From positions 1 to 52,367 of IMG/VR virus record IMGVR_UViG_3300022680_000054: a stretch of 52,367 nt of DNA; one strand, written 5' to 3'. The position numbers and the translations under genes are program-made. The DNA comes from a virus. Its lineage: Duplodnaviria > Caudoviricetes. Below, piece after piece: positions 9,101 through 18,323 of the stretch. The first letter of the stretch is position 1; each line of letters opens with the position of its first letter. Below the pieces are notes generated by a model that ran no database searches, was not told the origin of the DNA, and saw only the letters and a list, made by a program, of their open reading frames with translations.

Positions 9101-10459
9101 TTAGCTTCCTTTACCTGGGAGGCCAAAATACGTGGCATGGTCCCCGTTGGCCTTTTCGGCGGCGTCTACAGCCGCGAGCAGGTCAGGAGCCACGTTCTCG
9201 GCATCGGTCTCGGCGGCACGGCTGGCCCGCTTGGACCGGCCCGCCAGTTGTTTTTCCAGCTTTTCGATACGCTGGGCCATCGTGGTGACGGCTTCCGGCA
9301 TCCCGGCCAGCGCCTTCAACGCTTCCACCAGCGCCGTCTGCTGTTCAAGCAGCGCGGCATTGTCTGCGGTCACGTCCTCGTAGGCTTTCATGGCCGTCGT
9401 CGCCAGGGCCTTCAATTCGTCAACCGCTTCGGTGTTGGGTGCAGGCTCGGTCTCGTCTGCCGCGTCATCGCCGGTGTCAGCATCGGCGTCGATGTCCAGC
9501 ACGTCCTGGTAGTCCTCGACGGTTGTCGTGGGGACTTCCATCATAGCGGCCAATACATCTTCAACGATGCCACGCACGTCCACATCAACGTCCTGAGCAT
9601 CCTCTTCTTTAGTGGCAGCTTCCAGCACCTGCCGGGTTGTTTCCTTCGTGCCAATAGTGAGCGCGTCGATCAGGTCTTCTTTCGTGACCGATGGCCCGAT
9701 GGCCTTAAACTGGACACCGCTCTGACCCAGTTCCTGCTGCGCACCGGATAGCGAAGCCCGCAACTTCTTGAAGGCGTCACTTATCCCAGGCAGCGCCTGG
9801 TCTAAAACGTTGTCCCGTTTGTCCTTCTGTTCGTTCGTCATAGTGATGACTCCTGAAAAAGTAAACGGATTCGCTGCAAACTCCAGCGGCAGCGTGGTTG
9901 ATCGTCTTTTGTCTATGGCGTGATAGACACGCCCGTCTTCGGTGTCTTCCACCCGGTCGGGGTCGTAAATGAACAGGTGGGACGCCCCATAGTCGTTTTG
10001 CTTGGCGACGAAATCCCAGATCGCAGTTGTGAAGGCTTGCACCAATGGCAGGCCGCTGGCGCGTTCCTTGTAGACTTCCACCAGGAAGGTGCCCTGCATG
10101 TCAGCCCAGACCAGATCGCCAATGGTCGGCGCTTGCATGTGCCAGAAGTCGAGCTTGTTATCACTCTTGAACGCTTCGCCGTCCCACTGTTTTTCTACCC
10201 AGTCGGTGAGCGCATCCGTGGTGATATACTCATCTTCCCGGTCCTTATAGCCGTTGGTGGTGACCAGCGTCATGTACCGCGCGCCGTCGGCCCCCTGCTT
10301 GACCGTGACGGCTTGGGACGGTTCCTTTTCCAGCGTGATCTGGCGCTTTTTGCGATCTTCAGCATCAGCAACGATCCGGTACTTTATATCGCCCGTATCA
10401 TTCATTATTCCTAATGCCGCCAGCGCAGGATCGCCCCGGTGTATTTTCTTTTCAGCCAT
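9101..10459 (-). CDS. prohead protease / scaffolding protein
   Basis: Between portal and capsid; KDREDE, FWH, GASH and AANPFT resemble HK97-type protease motifs; acidic coiled-coil C-terminus. Confidence 0.7.
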   Translation of the reverse strand: MAEKKIHRGDPALAALGIMNDTGDIKYRIVADAEDRKKRQITLEKEPSQAVTVKQGADGARYMTLVTTNGYKDREDEYITTDALTDWVEKQWDGEAFKSDNKLDFWHMQAPTIGDLVWADMQGTFLVEVYKERASGLPLVQAFTTAIWDFVAKQNDYGASHLFIYDPDRVEDTEDGRVYHAIDKRRSTTLPLEFAANPFTFSGVITMTNEQKDKRDNVLDQALPGISDAFKKLRASLSGAQQELGQSGVQFKAIGPSVTKEDLIDALTIGTKETTRQVLEAATKEEDAQDVDVDVRGIVEDVLAAMMEVPTTTVEDYQDVLDIDADADTGDDAADETEPAPNTEAVDELKALATTAMKAYEDVTADNAALLEQQTALVEALKALAGMPEAVTTMAQRIEKLEKQLAGRSKRASRAAETDAENVAPDLLAAVDAAEKANGDHATYFGLPGKGS

Positions 10460-12438
10460 TAGTACCTTCCCCTGGCCCGTTCGCCAGGCACAGGGTCTAA
10501 CTTACAATCGCAGTTAAACCCGTTACAATCCAACTTGCCGCTGCCCGGATACCAGCCCCGCTTGCGCCAGTCGCGCATCCGGTGAATTTGTCCCGCTAAG
10601 CGCTTACAATCAGGGCAGTGAGTTTCCGTCTGTCCCAGTATCCAAATGTGCGGCACGTTCCATGCCGCCGATGCTTTTCCCAGGAGAAAAGCCCCCCTCA
10701 GCGACTTGTTGGCCCACATTTCCGCGTGTACTCTGACCGCCCGCTCTGACATTTCTCCAGAGTACACGCGGGCCGCGAACTTGCTGATAAAGCCGCTTTG
10801 TTCCACCAGGAACTGGCGCAGGGCCTGCTCGTCCCGGTCATCCATGTCGGCGCGATTGACACCGCCTTCTTCCAGGCCGTCCCCGTAGGCGTCCCGCCCG
10901 TAGGTGCGCAGCATTTCGCGCAGCTGCACTCGGAAAGCGGACGGGTTACCGACGCCATCCTGGGCCACCTGGATCGCGTTCTCCAGCATGATGACAAACT
11001 GCGTGCGGGTGGTTGAGAAATCCTTTTCCACCCGTCCCTTGCTCTGCGTGTCGTCAATGCCCGCGCTGTCCGGGGAAGCCGCTTCCCCACTGGCCTCCGG
11101 TGACGGCTGCGGTGTAAAGGGGGGCAGCAGGTTGTCGGTCGGGTCTTCCTTCGGGTCAACGTCATCGAGCCGCACCACCTGGCCATTGTCGTCGGTGATC
11201 ACGTCCTTGATCGGCTCGATCATGTTTGCCAGCAGCTGCCGCTTTTCGTCGTCACTCATCACGGTTGACGGCAGGGTCTGCGTCATGCCGACCCACACCT
11301 GGGCATTGTCGGCCCGCTCCCGGTCCTGCTGTTCATCCCGGTATTTGAACTGGAATTCATAGGCGTCGGGCAGCGTGTCGTTGATCTCCCGCTCCAGCTG
11401 CTGCAAAACGTACCCGAACGCCTTGCCCTGCCCCTTGGCGTGCAGGATTTCCGACTGCGTGTTGGTGCCCATCTTCTGCCCACTCAGCGGCCAGATGTCC
11501 TGCGGATCGATGCCCAGTGCCAGCGCCATCATGGGCACGTCAATCTCAACTGTGTATACCTTAAAATCGAACTTTTCCGGGGCCTGGGTAAAGGCGATGG
11601 GTTGCAGGTCGATGGGCTGATCGACGGCCAGCCCGGATATAAAGACCGTCTTGCCCCACTCCCCCATGTCGTCCCGGTTGATGGTTTCCCGGTAGCGCAG
11701 TAGGGCCGCGTTCCAGGCCCCCTCCGATATGTTGCGCCCCAGCAGGATGCCGGGCTTGGGCTTGTCATCCAGGAAAGCCTCAACGTACCGGCCCATGAGC
11801 ACTTCGCGCTGGATAAGCGCCGCCAGGCGAGACACCGCGCACAGGCCAATCGGGCCGGGCCGCGTTTCGTCGCTGTCCGGCATGTCCAGAAGGCGGAAAA
11901 CGCGCGTGCGGTGCATGACGTGTTTTTTGCCGTCCTGGGACAGATAAATCACCGGGAAATCCGGGTCACCGGTCGGCGTGCAGCGCATGGCGTCCAGGTA
12001 GGCCATGCCCACCGGAGGCCCCGTCATCGCGTTGGCCGGGTTGCCGGGGCCGATAACTTCCATAAACGCGCCGATGTCCTGCCGGAAAAAATCGCGGATA
12101 AATGGCCCCATGCCCATCGCCCAGCCCATGCCGAACTGCATATCCCGCAGGAATTCCTGCCAGCGCTCCACCCCGCCTGTCGCATCGTTGGGCGGCCCCT
12201 GGATTTCCCAGGGTGTCGCCAGTACCCGCTTGATAAAACCGCCGACGGCCCCCTGAAGCATGGTATTGTAGGGGTGCCGCTCCCAACCGCGCAGCGTCTG
12301 TTCCCGCCGGCGACTGCCCCAGCGTGGCAGCAGTTCGTTGCGGTGCGTGGCGAAATATTGAAGCGATGATTGTTTCTCGGCTTCCGGCAGTTTTTGGACG
12401 GTCTGCTTTTGCGCCTGGTCAATTAAGGCGACCATCAT
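10459..12438 (-). CDS. portal protein with C-terminal MuF-like head morphogenesis domain
   Basis: Follows TerL; portal-like FLDDKPKPGILL and LEREIN..LP...FQF; C-terminal HCPDC..CNGFNCDC. Confidence 0.8.
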   Translation of the reverse strand: MMVALIDQAQKQTVQKLPEAEKQSSLQYFATHRNELLPRWGSRRREQTLRGWERHPYNTMLQGAVGGFIKRVLATPWEIQGPPNDATGGVERWQEFLRDMQFGMGWAMGMGPFIRDFFRQDIGAFMEVIGPGNPANAMTGPPVGMAYLDAMRCTPTGDPDFPVIYLSQDGKKHVMHRTRVFRLLDMPDSDETRPGPIGLCAVSRLAALIQREVLMGRYVEAFLDDKPKPGILLGRNISEGAWNAALLRYRETINRDDMGEWGKTVFISGLAVDQPIDLQPIAFTQAPEKFDFKVYTVEIDVPMMALALGIDPQDIWPLSGQKMGTNTQSEILHAKGQGKAFGYVLQQLEREINDTLPDAYEFQFKYRDEQQDRERADNAQVWVGMTQTLPSTVMSDDEKRQLLANMIEPIKDVITDDNGQVVRLDDVDPKEDPTDNLLPPFTPQPSPEASGEAASPDSAGIDDTQSKGRVEKDFSTTRTQFVIMLENAIQVAQDGVGNPSAFRVQLREMLRTYGRDAYGDGLEEGGVNRADMDDRDEQALRQFLVEQSGFISKFAARVYSGEMSERAVRVHAEMWANKSLRGAFLLGKASAAWNVPHIWILGQTETHCPDCKRLAGQIHRMRDWRKRGWYPGSGKLDCNGFNCDCKLDPVPGERARGRY

Positions 12439-12446
12439 CTAGGCTC

Positions 12447-12779
12447 CTAGTGGACCGTGATTGGCTGAATGATCAGGTGGGCGGCGGCATCGGCTCCAAC
12501 GAAGGAGTAATAACTGGTGCCATGCACCCACGGGAAAATGACCGGCGGGTCTTCCGATTTCAGCAGGAAGGAATTTACGTCTGCCACCGCGCCGTCCATG
12601 CGCCAGTAAATATTGCCGCCCGTGGCCTGCACCAACAGGCCGTTGGGGATGGCCGTAAAGTCCGCAGTATCTACCACATGCTCAGCCGTTCCGATGGTGC
12701 TCTGCACGGCTGTCTCGCCTTTGACCGGGGCAAATTCCGCCACCCAGACGGGCGATGCTTCGCAGGTTTCCAGTCCCAT
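12447..12779 (-). CDS. hypothetical protein
   Basis: 110 aa ORF between TerL and portal, AAGGA RBS. Confidence 0.7.
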   Translation of the reverse strand: MGLETCEASPVWVAEFAPVKGETAVQSTIGTAEHVVDTADFTAIPNGLLVQATGGNIYWRMDGAVADVNSFLLKSEDPPVIFPWVHGTSYYSFVGADAAAHLIIQPITVH

Positions 12780-12780
12780 A

Positions 12781-14067
12781 TCAATTCGTCCTTAGTCGCT
12801 GAGCCAGGTAGCGCAGGCTATCCGGCCCATGATCGTCTATTTTTAAGGGTGCCGGTTCGCCTCCAGTGGCGACCGTTGATCGTTGGTTGTAGCGATAGCT
12901 CTGCAATTCCCGCACCAGGTTCCGGCAGTCCGGGTGTATCCTCAGTAACCGTACCCCTTGCCCGTCACAGACCAACCGCCGCAGGTTCTTGATGCCCTCG
13001 GCCACCTTGTGCGTGGCCCCCATGTTGTGCAGCCCTTTGCTGCCCAGTGCACCACGTAACATGGCCGCGCTGCTGTCCACATACACCAGATCGGGGCGCG
13101 GGTAGCCATACCCCAGCACTTCCTCGATGGTGTCGGCGTAATCGGCCACGCCGGTCTTGTAATACTCGGCAAACACATCCAGCCCACCGACCGGCGTCAT
13201 CTGTGCCAGCAGCACCACGCGCGGGTGGTAACTGGTATGCCCGATGCCCTGCCCTTCCGCGTAACCGTCATCCATGCCCCAAAATACAGGCCCCTTGTCG
13301 GGATGATAGGCGGCATCAGGTGACACGTTATGCTGTAGCGTGAAGTTGTCATAAATGACCCCTTCCGCCATCACCCATAATCCCTTGACCAGCCGGTCAT
13401 ACTGCACGCCTTCCAGCATTTCCAGCCATGCGATGTACTCCGGCGGGTTATGCGGGTTGTCCAACGCCCCGCTGTAATGCACCGATGCCTTGCCACCCAG
13501 GATCATGCGCTGGTTTATCCAGTGCAGCGGCGCGTCGGGGTTGGTGGTCAGCTGGATTTGCGTCCAGGGTGCCGCTTTGCCGCGCAAACGGGTGATGATC
13601 TCCTGGAAGTCCTGGAATAGAAAATGAGTTGCTTCCTCCATCCAGACGTAATCCAGGCCGCCCTGGATGCCAATCGACCGCACGTGTTCCCGCTGCTGTT
13701 CGTCCTTCATACCGCCCCACATCAGCATTGAGCCATTCTCATACTCAAAGCGGAACTTGGACGACAAAAATCGCACTGTTGGGTCGTTGCCCACCACCAC
13801 CCGCTGCATAAAAAGCACTGTAGAATTGGTCATGCTCTCGCGGGTCTTGCGCAGCATCAGGGCCGTGGCCCCTGCGTACTTTTTGCAGAAGCCGTGGATT
13901 TTCTCAGCGGCCAGCCGGGATTTGCCGCCCCCCGCGCTGCCGGATAGCAGCACGATGGGTGATTTGTCTCGCCAGGCGGGTATTTGCCAGGGTAACGGTT
14001 GGTAAGGTGCTAGGTACTGGGACGGGTAATTATGTGGCTCCGGCCTGTGGCCGTTGCTGCCCGTCAT
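12781..14067 (-). CDS. terL: terminase large subunit
   Basis: Walker A GSAGGGKS, Walker B VWMEEA, TTNP coupling motif, nuclease motifs GMDDG and DDHGPDSLRY. Confidence 0.95.
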   Translation of the reverse strand: MTGSNGHRPEPHNYPSQYLAPYQPLPWQIPAWRDKSPIVLLSGSAGGGKSRLAAEKIHGFCKKYAGATALMLRKTRESMTNSTVLFMQRVVVGNDPTVRFLSSKFRFEYENGSMLMWGGMKDEQQREHVRSIGIQGGLDYVWMEEATHFLFQDFQEIITRLRGKAAPWTQIQLTTNPDAPLHWINQRMILGGKASVHYSGALDNPHNPPEYIAWLEMLEGVQYDRLVKGLWVMAEGVIYDNFTLQHNVSPDAAYHPDKGPVFWGMDDGYAEGQGIGHTSYHPRVVLLAQMTPVGGLDVFAEYYKTGVADYADTIEEVLGYGYPRPDLVYVDSSAAMLRGALGSKGLHNMGATHKVAEGIKNLRRLVCDGQGVRLLRIHPDCRNLVRELQSYRYNQRSTVATGGEPAPLKIDDHGPDSLRYLAQRLRTN

Positions 14068-14446
14068 GGTCTATGTCCCCCTGCTCGTTGTCTTCTTCGT
14101 CCCAGTCGTCCGGGCTTACCGCGATATAAGTTTTTATCGGCTGTCCGGCACTGGTCAGATCGATCTCTTTGGGCGGCGGCCCGTCAATATGCTGATAGAT
14201 GAACTTAGCGGCTGCCAACCAATCATCGCTATCCTTGGCAGTTATTACTGTGCCATCGGGAAACTTGGCGCTCCCGTTGATCACAAACTCCCACATCAGC
14301 CGGGCCAGGATGCGCTTGCTATTGCGCCTCTTACCATCCACATCGGCCAGCGTCTTACTGCCAGCCTTCGCCAGTAGATCAGTTAATGCCCGATTTTTCG
14401 GGGGTCTTCCTTTTGGGTTTCCGCTTTGTCCCGGCTTCCAGGGCAT
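14030..14446 (-). CDS. terS: terminase small subunit (DUF5681-like N-terminus)
   Basis: WKPGQSGNPKGRP motif, upstream of and overlapping TerL. Confidence 0.8.
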   Translation of the reverse strand: MPWKPGQSGNPKGRPPKNRALTDLLAKAGSKTLADVDGKRRNSKRILARLMWEFVINGSAKFPDGTVITAKDSDDWLAAAKFIYQHIDGPPPKEIDLTSAGQPIKTYIAVSPDDWDEEDNEQGDIDHDGQQRPQAGAT

Positions 14447-14661
14447 TATTGATCCTGATTGTTTAACAATTATCCATCCCATAGAACGCAAAAAGCGGAC
14501 AGTCCACCGCTTGACCCCCCGCGCGTCAGGGTCTTACGGTATTCCGCCCGCAGAAAAGCACTATAAGCCAGCGCAGACGCCCCTGCACTTGCTTGGATGT
14601 GCCATACTACGTTGGAAGCACTCGCACCGAGTCGCCAGTGTAAGCGCGTTCCTTATAGGTT

Positions 14662-14691
14662 ATAATACATTGATATATAGATATTTGTCAA
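14662..14691 (-). promoter_or_regulatory. promoter of the packaging/head operon
   Basis: TTGACA-18 nt-TATTAT in an AT-rich intergenic stretch. Confidence 0.6.
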
Positions 14692-14754
14692 TAGGCAATT
14701 TGTGATAAGTTGATTATATCCCAAGTTATCGCATAGGGGGGTGGGATATGGGGG

Positions 14755-14785
14755 AAAAGAAAAACCCCCGGTGGTGGCCGGGAGT
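14755..14785 (-). terminator. intrinsic terminator
   Basis: ACTCCCGG-CCACCA-CCGGGGGT then T-rich run, after the stop at 14798. Confidence 0.75.
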
Positions 14786-14797
14786 GTGTGTTGTTGC

Positions 14798-15607
14798 CTA
14801 AAATTCAAACTGATTAACTTCGTCCCAATTCACTAGACGGTAGTTACCAATTTTGTGGCTTGCAATTTTTGCATATCCCCTCTTGATATGGGATGCTCTA
14901 TTACTTATCTTCCGAGCAAAACTGCGAATGACCTCATAATCTCCATCGGCTCCCTGCTCTGTCGCCATTCGCTGCGCTGCCCTGTCTATAGATATCCAAC
15001 GTGAAAACACAGTCGGATCGGCACGATAAAGAGCATTGCCATTGATACGGGTATGTACCTCTTTAACGTTTATGCAGGTTGCTGTTCCGATCTGTTCTGT
15101 TGTGAGATTGTACCGCGAAACCAACGACATTAAATTTTCTCGACTCATCTGCAACTTCTTCTGCGCAACAGTGTATGAGTGCCAATCTTCAATCTCTGTT
15201 ATTGGTACAGCGCGCGAAGGAAAGCTATCACGTCGGTTTTCGGCGGAATTATCTTTAGTGCCTCCGTTCACCCGAACCCTTTTTTTCTCTTTCAGGTATC
15301 TATCCAAATCCGCAGTGCTTACGTGGGGTCTTCCACCTATTGAATATTCTTCCAACTGCCCATCTTTCACCCAATTGTAAATACTTTGACGTGAATATCC
15401 TGAGTATTCCGCCGCCTGTCGGCGCGTAAGAAGATCATCGGGGGGGCGCGTTTTTTGACCTAAAACAATAGGAGGTTTAGCCTTATTGACCTCGCCGTCT
15501 TCGCGTGCTACGCTTGTATTCGATTGAAGTTGTTTCTTGATAAATTGCCTTAGTTGAACTTCAGTCAGTATATCAAGAAGATCGTTCAAGTCTTTGTTGC
15601 TTGACAT
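14798..15607 (-). CDS. DNA-binding protein with excisionase-like HTH (HTH_17/MerR-like)
   Basis: LLTRRQAAEYSGYSRQSIYNWVKDGQL; GGAGG RBS; AT-rich with its own terminator. Confidence 0.75.
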   Translation of the reverse strand: MSSNKDLNDLLDILTEVQLRQFIKKQLQSNTSVAREDGEVNKAKPPIVLGQKTRPPDDLLTRRQAAEYSGYSRQSIYNWVKDGQLEEYSIGGRPHVSTADLDRYLKEKKRVRVNGGTKDNSAENRRDSFPSRAVPITEIEDWHSYTVAQKKLQMSRENLMSLVSRYNLTTEQIGTATCINVKEVHTRINGNALYRADPTVFSRWISIDRAAQRMATEQGADGDYEVIRSFARKISNRASHIKRGYAKIASHKIGNYRLVNWDEVNQFEF

Positions 15608-15745
15608 GATTTAGCCTCCATGTCGCTAGTAGGGGCCTGATCTTAGAGAGAGTAGGCCCCTACGCCATTGAATATATATAGCCTATCATTTTTTACCCTG
15701 CTAATCAACCACTAAAATATGTGCTAGCACATGCTTAAAGCAAAC

Positions 15746-15775
15746 AAGCCCTGTCAGCTAAATGTCAGGGCTTTT
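15746..15775. terminator. intrinsic terminator, possibly bidirectional
   Basis: AAGCCCTG...CAGGGCTT flanked by A and T runs, downstream of the GIY-YIG gene. Confidence 0.55.
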
Positions 15776-15804
15776 GGGGTTACAGTTTGGTTAGAATGTG
15801 GGGG

Positions 15805-16326
15805 TTAGTCTTTACCGTACAACACGTTGTCACCCAACTCTTTAATCTCAAGAATGTCTTTATCAGTCAGTGCAAACCACTCGCCACGCTTGCGCTTTTT
15901 GGCATAGCGTAGATGTAGTTTTTGCTCTAACTTAAAACAGTCATCAGTTTTAATCATCGTTACCAGTTCAATCTCAAAGGGCAGCAATACACCAAAGGAT
16001 TTCATTCTTTGCCGTGGCCGCGTAGTCCTGCCAATCTTGCAATGACCGGAAACATCCAGATCGCGAAGTAGATATACAAACCCATCTTTGTTTGGTAAGT
16101 CTGGCTTAGGTATGACAGGCTTCCCCGCGGTCTTTGCTTGCCTCTCATACCTAGATACCAAGTGCTCAAGAAATATCAAATACTCATCAGACCGATCTAC
16201 TTCACGATTTAGATATTCAATCCTGGCCCGATGAAAGAACACAGTCACCACCAACAACAAACAGGTTGCGGTCATGACGATATATGCACCTGCGAAGAAC
16301 GAAGCAAAAATTGAACTACCATCCAT
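15805..16326 (-). CDS. GIY-YIG family (T5orf172/MUG113-like) protein with N-terminal membrane helix
   Basis: GFVYLL..CKIGRT..LEQKLH..RKRGEWFAL; hydrophobic residues 6-31. Confidence 0.8.
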   Translation of the reverse strand: MDGSSIFASFFAGAYIVMTATCLLLVVTVFFHRARIEYLNREVDRSDEYLIFLEHLVSRYERQAKTAGKPVIPKPDLPNKDGFVYLLRDLDVSGHCKIGRTTRPRQRMKSFGVLLPFEIELVTMIKTDDCFKLEQKLHLRYAKKRKRGEWFALTDKDILEIKELGDNVLYGKD

Positions 16327-16454
16327 GAAAAACCCCCTTTGGGCTGCTGGCTGTTTGTTGTCTAGGCAAACGCCAGCCCATAGGGGGCCGCTTACAATTA
16401 TAATGCCTTTTTACCGTTTGCCTAGACACCTCTATTATACCCAAAAGCCGTGTT

Positions 16455-17357
16455 TTATTCTAATGGTTCATTCCCATTTGGGGACGGGGACGTAACATTT
16501 TTTCGCGCTCTGCCAGCCACCGATTTACTTACACCCACAGCTTCTGCAAGCTCACGAACCGGCATATCCAGGGACGCCGGGTTGTCCTCAATATAGGCAA
16601 TTACCAGCCCCTCACTGGGTGTTGGTCCCTGCTTGGCCCCACGGGACGGCTTAGGGGCCGATGCCTTGTCCCTGGTGTCCCCTGGGGACGGGGACAGGGA
16701 CGGATCGCGCCTTTTGGCCCGGTCCCAGCTGCGCCCGAAGCCTTTATGCCACTTGGCTCTGGCTTCGTTGTATTCCTGCTTGGCTTTCCCGTGTTCCTCG
16801 ATGCTCTGCACCCACAACACAGCGATAATCTCAGCAGCAATAAAAGCCAGGGCCATCGCGCCCAATGCAGCGGAAAAAGCAACGACAATCTCAAGCCCGC
16901 TCCAAGTTTGCATTTCTGAGCTAATGTCTCGCGTCGCGTACAATTGTGCAAAGAACTGAGTCAGGACGGCCACCAAAGCCCCGAAGCCCACCTGCCGGGT
17001 TAGCTTGGCTGATTGTGGGGCCTTGCGGTATTTCTGGTAGACGATGATGAAGCGAAACATCACCACGGCCAGGTCAATCGTCACCATTGCCAGGAAGCCT
17101 TCTATCGTCGCCGGGATTTCGCCAACGGTTAAAGCAGCGATAGACTGAAACACTGGGAATGTGCGGAAGGCAGCCAGCAAGGCACCGGCCAGCATGACGG
17201 CCAGGATAGGCCATCCAAACCAGGGCAACCGGGCGCTTTGGCGTGGTTTGGTCGGCGGTGGATTCTTGGCGGCATATTCCCGACGTGCCCGCCGCATGGC
17301 GCGATCAAATACTATATCATCTTCGTGCTGTTTTTCTCGTCTGAAAAAACGAAACAT
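16455..17357 (-). CDS. multi-pass membrane protein with C-terminal HTH
   Basis: Four hydrophobic segments, then MPVRELAEAVGVSKSVAGRAR; AAGGAG RBS before MFRFF. Confidence 0.75.
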   Translation of the reverse strand: MFRFFRREKQHEDDIVFDRAMRRARREYAAKNPPPTKPRQSARLPWFGWPILAVMLAGALLAAFRTFPVFQSIAALTVGEIPATIEGFLAMVTIDLAVVMFRFIIVYQKYRKAPQSAKLTRQVGFGALVAVLTQFFAQLYATRDISSEMQTWSGLEIVVAFSAALGAMALAFIAAEIIAVLWVQSIEEHGKAKQEYNEARAKWHKGFGRSWDRAKRRDPSLSPSPGDTRDKASAPKPSRGAKQGPTPSEGLVIAYIEDNPASLDMPVRELAEAVGVSKSVAGRARKNVTSPSPNGNEPLE

Positions 17358-17443
17358 GTTCCCAACTCCTTTTTGTGGTATACTCAACTCAGTGCAGCGG
17401 TTTCAACTCCCCGCTGCCAACCCGGCGGCCTCGCCGGGTTTTT

Positions 17444-17737
17444 CTATTCTATCCCCACCTTCGGATAGATAATGATTCTGTCTCGATAGTGGGTAACAGG
17501 GATACTCAAGCAACCCCGCTTTTCATCATAACGGCATTCCCGGTATTCATCGGTTTTTTCCCTGACCTTTTCCCAGGCAAAGGCCAGTGCTTTGCCAAAA
17601 TCATCTGAAACGCCCACAGTATACCGATCATATCTGCCTTTTAATTCATCGACTACAACACGCGCCACAATATGAAATACCTGCTGCCCGTTTATGGACG
17701 CATGATACTTGTTGAGGTCATCTATAACGTTTACCAT
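17444..17737 (-). CDS. hypothetical protein
   Basis: 97 aa, GGGGGA RBS. Confidence 0.65.
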   Translation of the reverse strand: MVNVIDDLNKYHASINGQQVFHIVARVVVDELKGRYDRYTVGVSDDFGKALAFAWEKVREKTDEYRECRYDEKRGCLSIPVTHYRDRIIIYPKVGIE

Positions 17738-17738
17738 C

Positions 17739-17891
17739 TTATCCCCCTAATCCCATCATCACACTTACCACCAACAGCCACGCCACCACAAACGCCAGCA
17801 GCGTGCCCCCAACGAACAGATCGGTCCGCCTGTATACCGGGTCGCGCTCGGCCCAGAGCCGGCGGGGAATTGGGCATCGGCTATCGTTCAT
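17739..17891 (-). CDS. small membrane protein (50 aa, absent from the ORF track)
   Basis: MNDSRCPIPRRLWAERDPVYRRTDLFVGGTLLAFVVAWLLVVSVMMGLGG; ATGA overlap with the upstream gene. Confidence 0.6.
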   Translation of the reverse strand: MNDSRCPIPRRLWAERDPVYRRTDLFVGGTLLAFVVAWLLVVSVMMGLGG

Positions 17892-18085
17892 GTAGAATAC
17901 TTCCGCATCAGCATGTCATAATATGCCAGTGGGACCAAAATACGATAGTGTTTCCCGCGCATTTTCCCCCGGACGTATTTACATGGAAAGCCCGAATATA
18001 GCCCCAGGTGGTATACATAGATCGCTGTGGGTGAATAAACCCACTGGCGGTACTTAGCGACAATCAACCTGATCTTAGCCATCAC
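17888..18085 (-). CDS. hypothetical protein
   Basis: 65 aa coupled ORF. Confidence 0.55.
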   Translation of the reverse strand: MMAKIRLIVAKYRQWVYSPTAIYVYHLGLYSGFPCKYVRGKMRGKHYRILVPLAYYDMLMRKYST

Positions 18086-18323
18086 GCATCACCCCCACAA
18101 TATCCTCAACAGTAGCCCAGCGTGCTTTACCCCGCATCCGCATCCGCTTGTGCCGCCCCTTCGCATACTCTGCCAGCCGCACAAACGTATCCCGCCAGCT
18201 GCCCGCGCTGCGCTCAGCGTAATACCGATATTCATCTTCCACCCCGGCCAGCGTGTCCAGGTCGGTGATACGGTCGATCCGGGCCTGGGCGCGGGTGGTG
18301 AGGGTGTGTTGTAGGTGTTTCAT
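18075..18323 (-). CDS. hypothetical protein
   Basis: Start at MKHLQ by ATGA overlap. Confidence 0.6.
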   Translation of the reverse strand: MKHLQHTLTTRAQARIDRITDLDTLAGVEDEYRYYAERSAGSWRDTFVRLAEYAKGRHKRMRMRGKARWATVEDIVGVMRDG

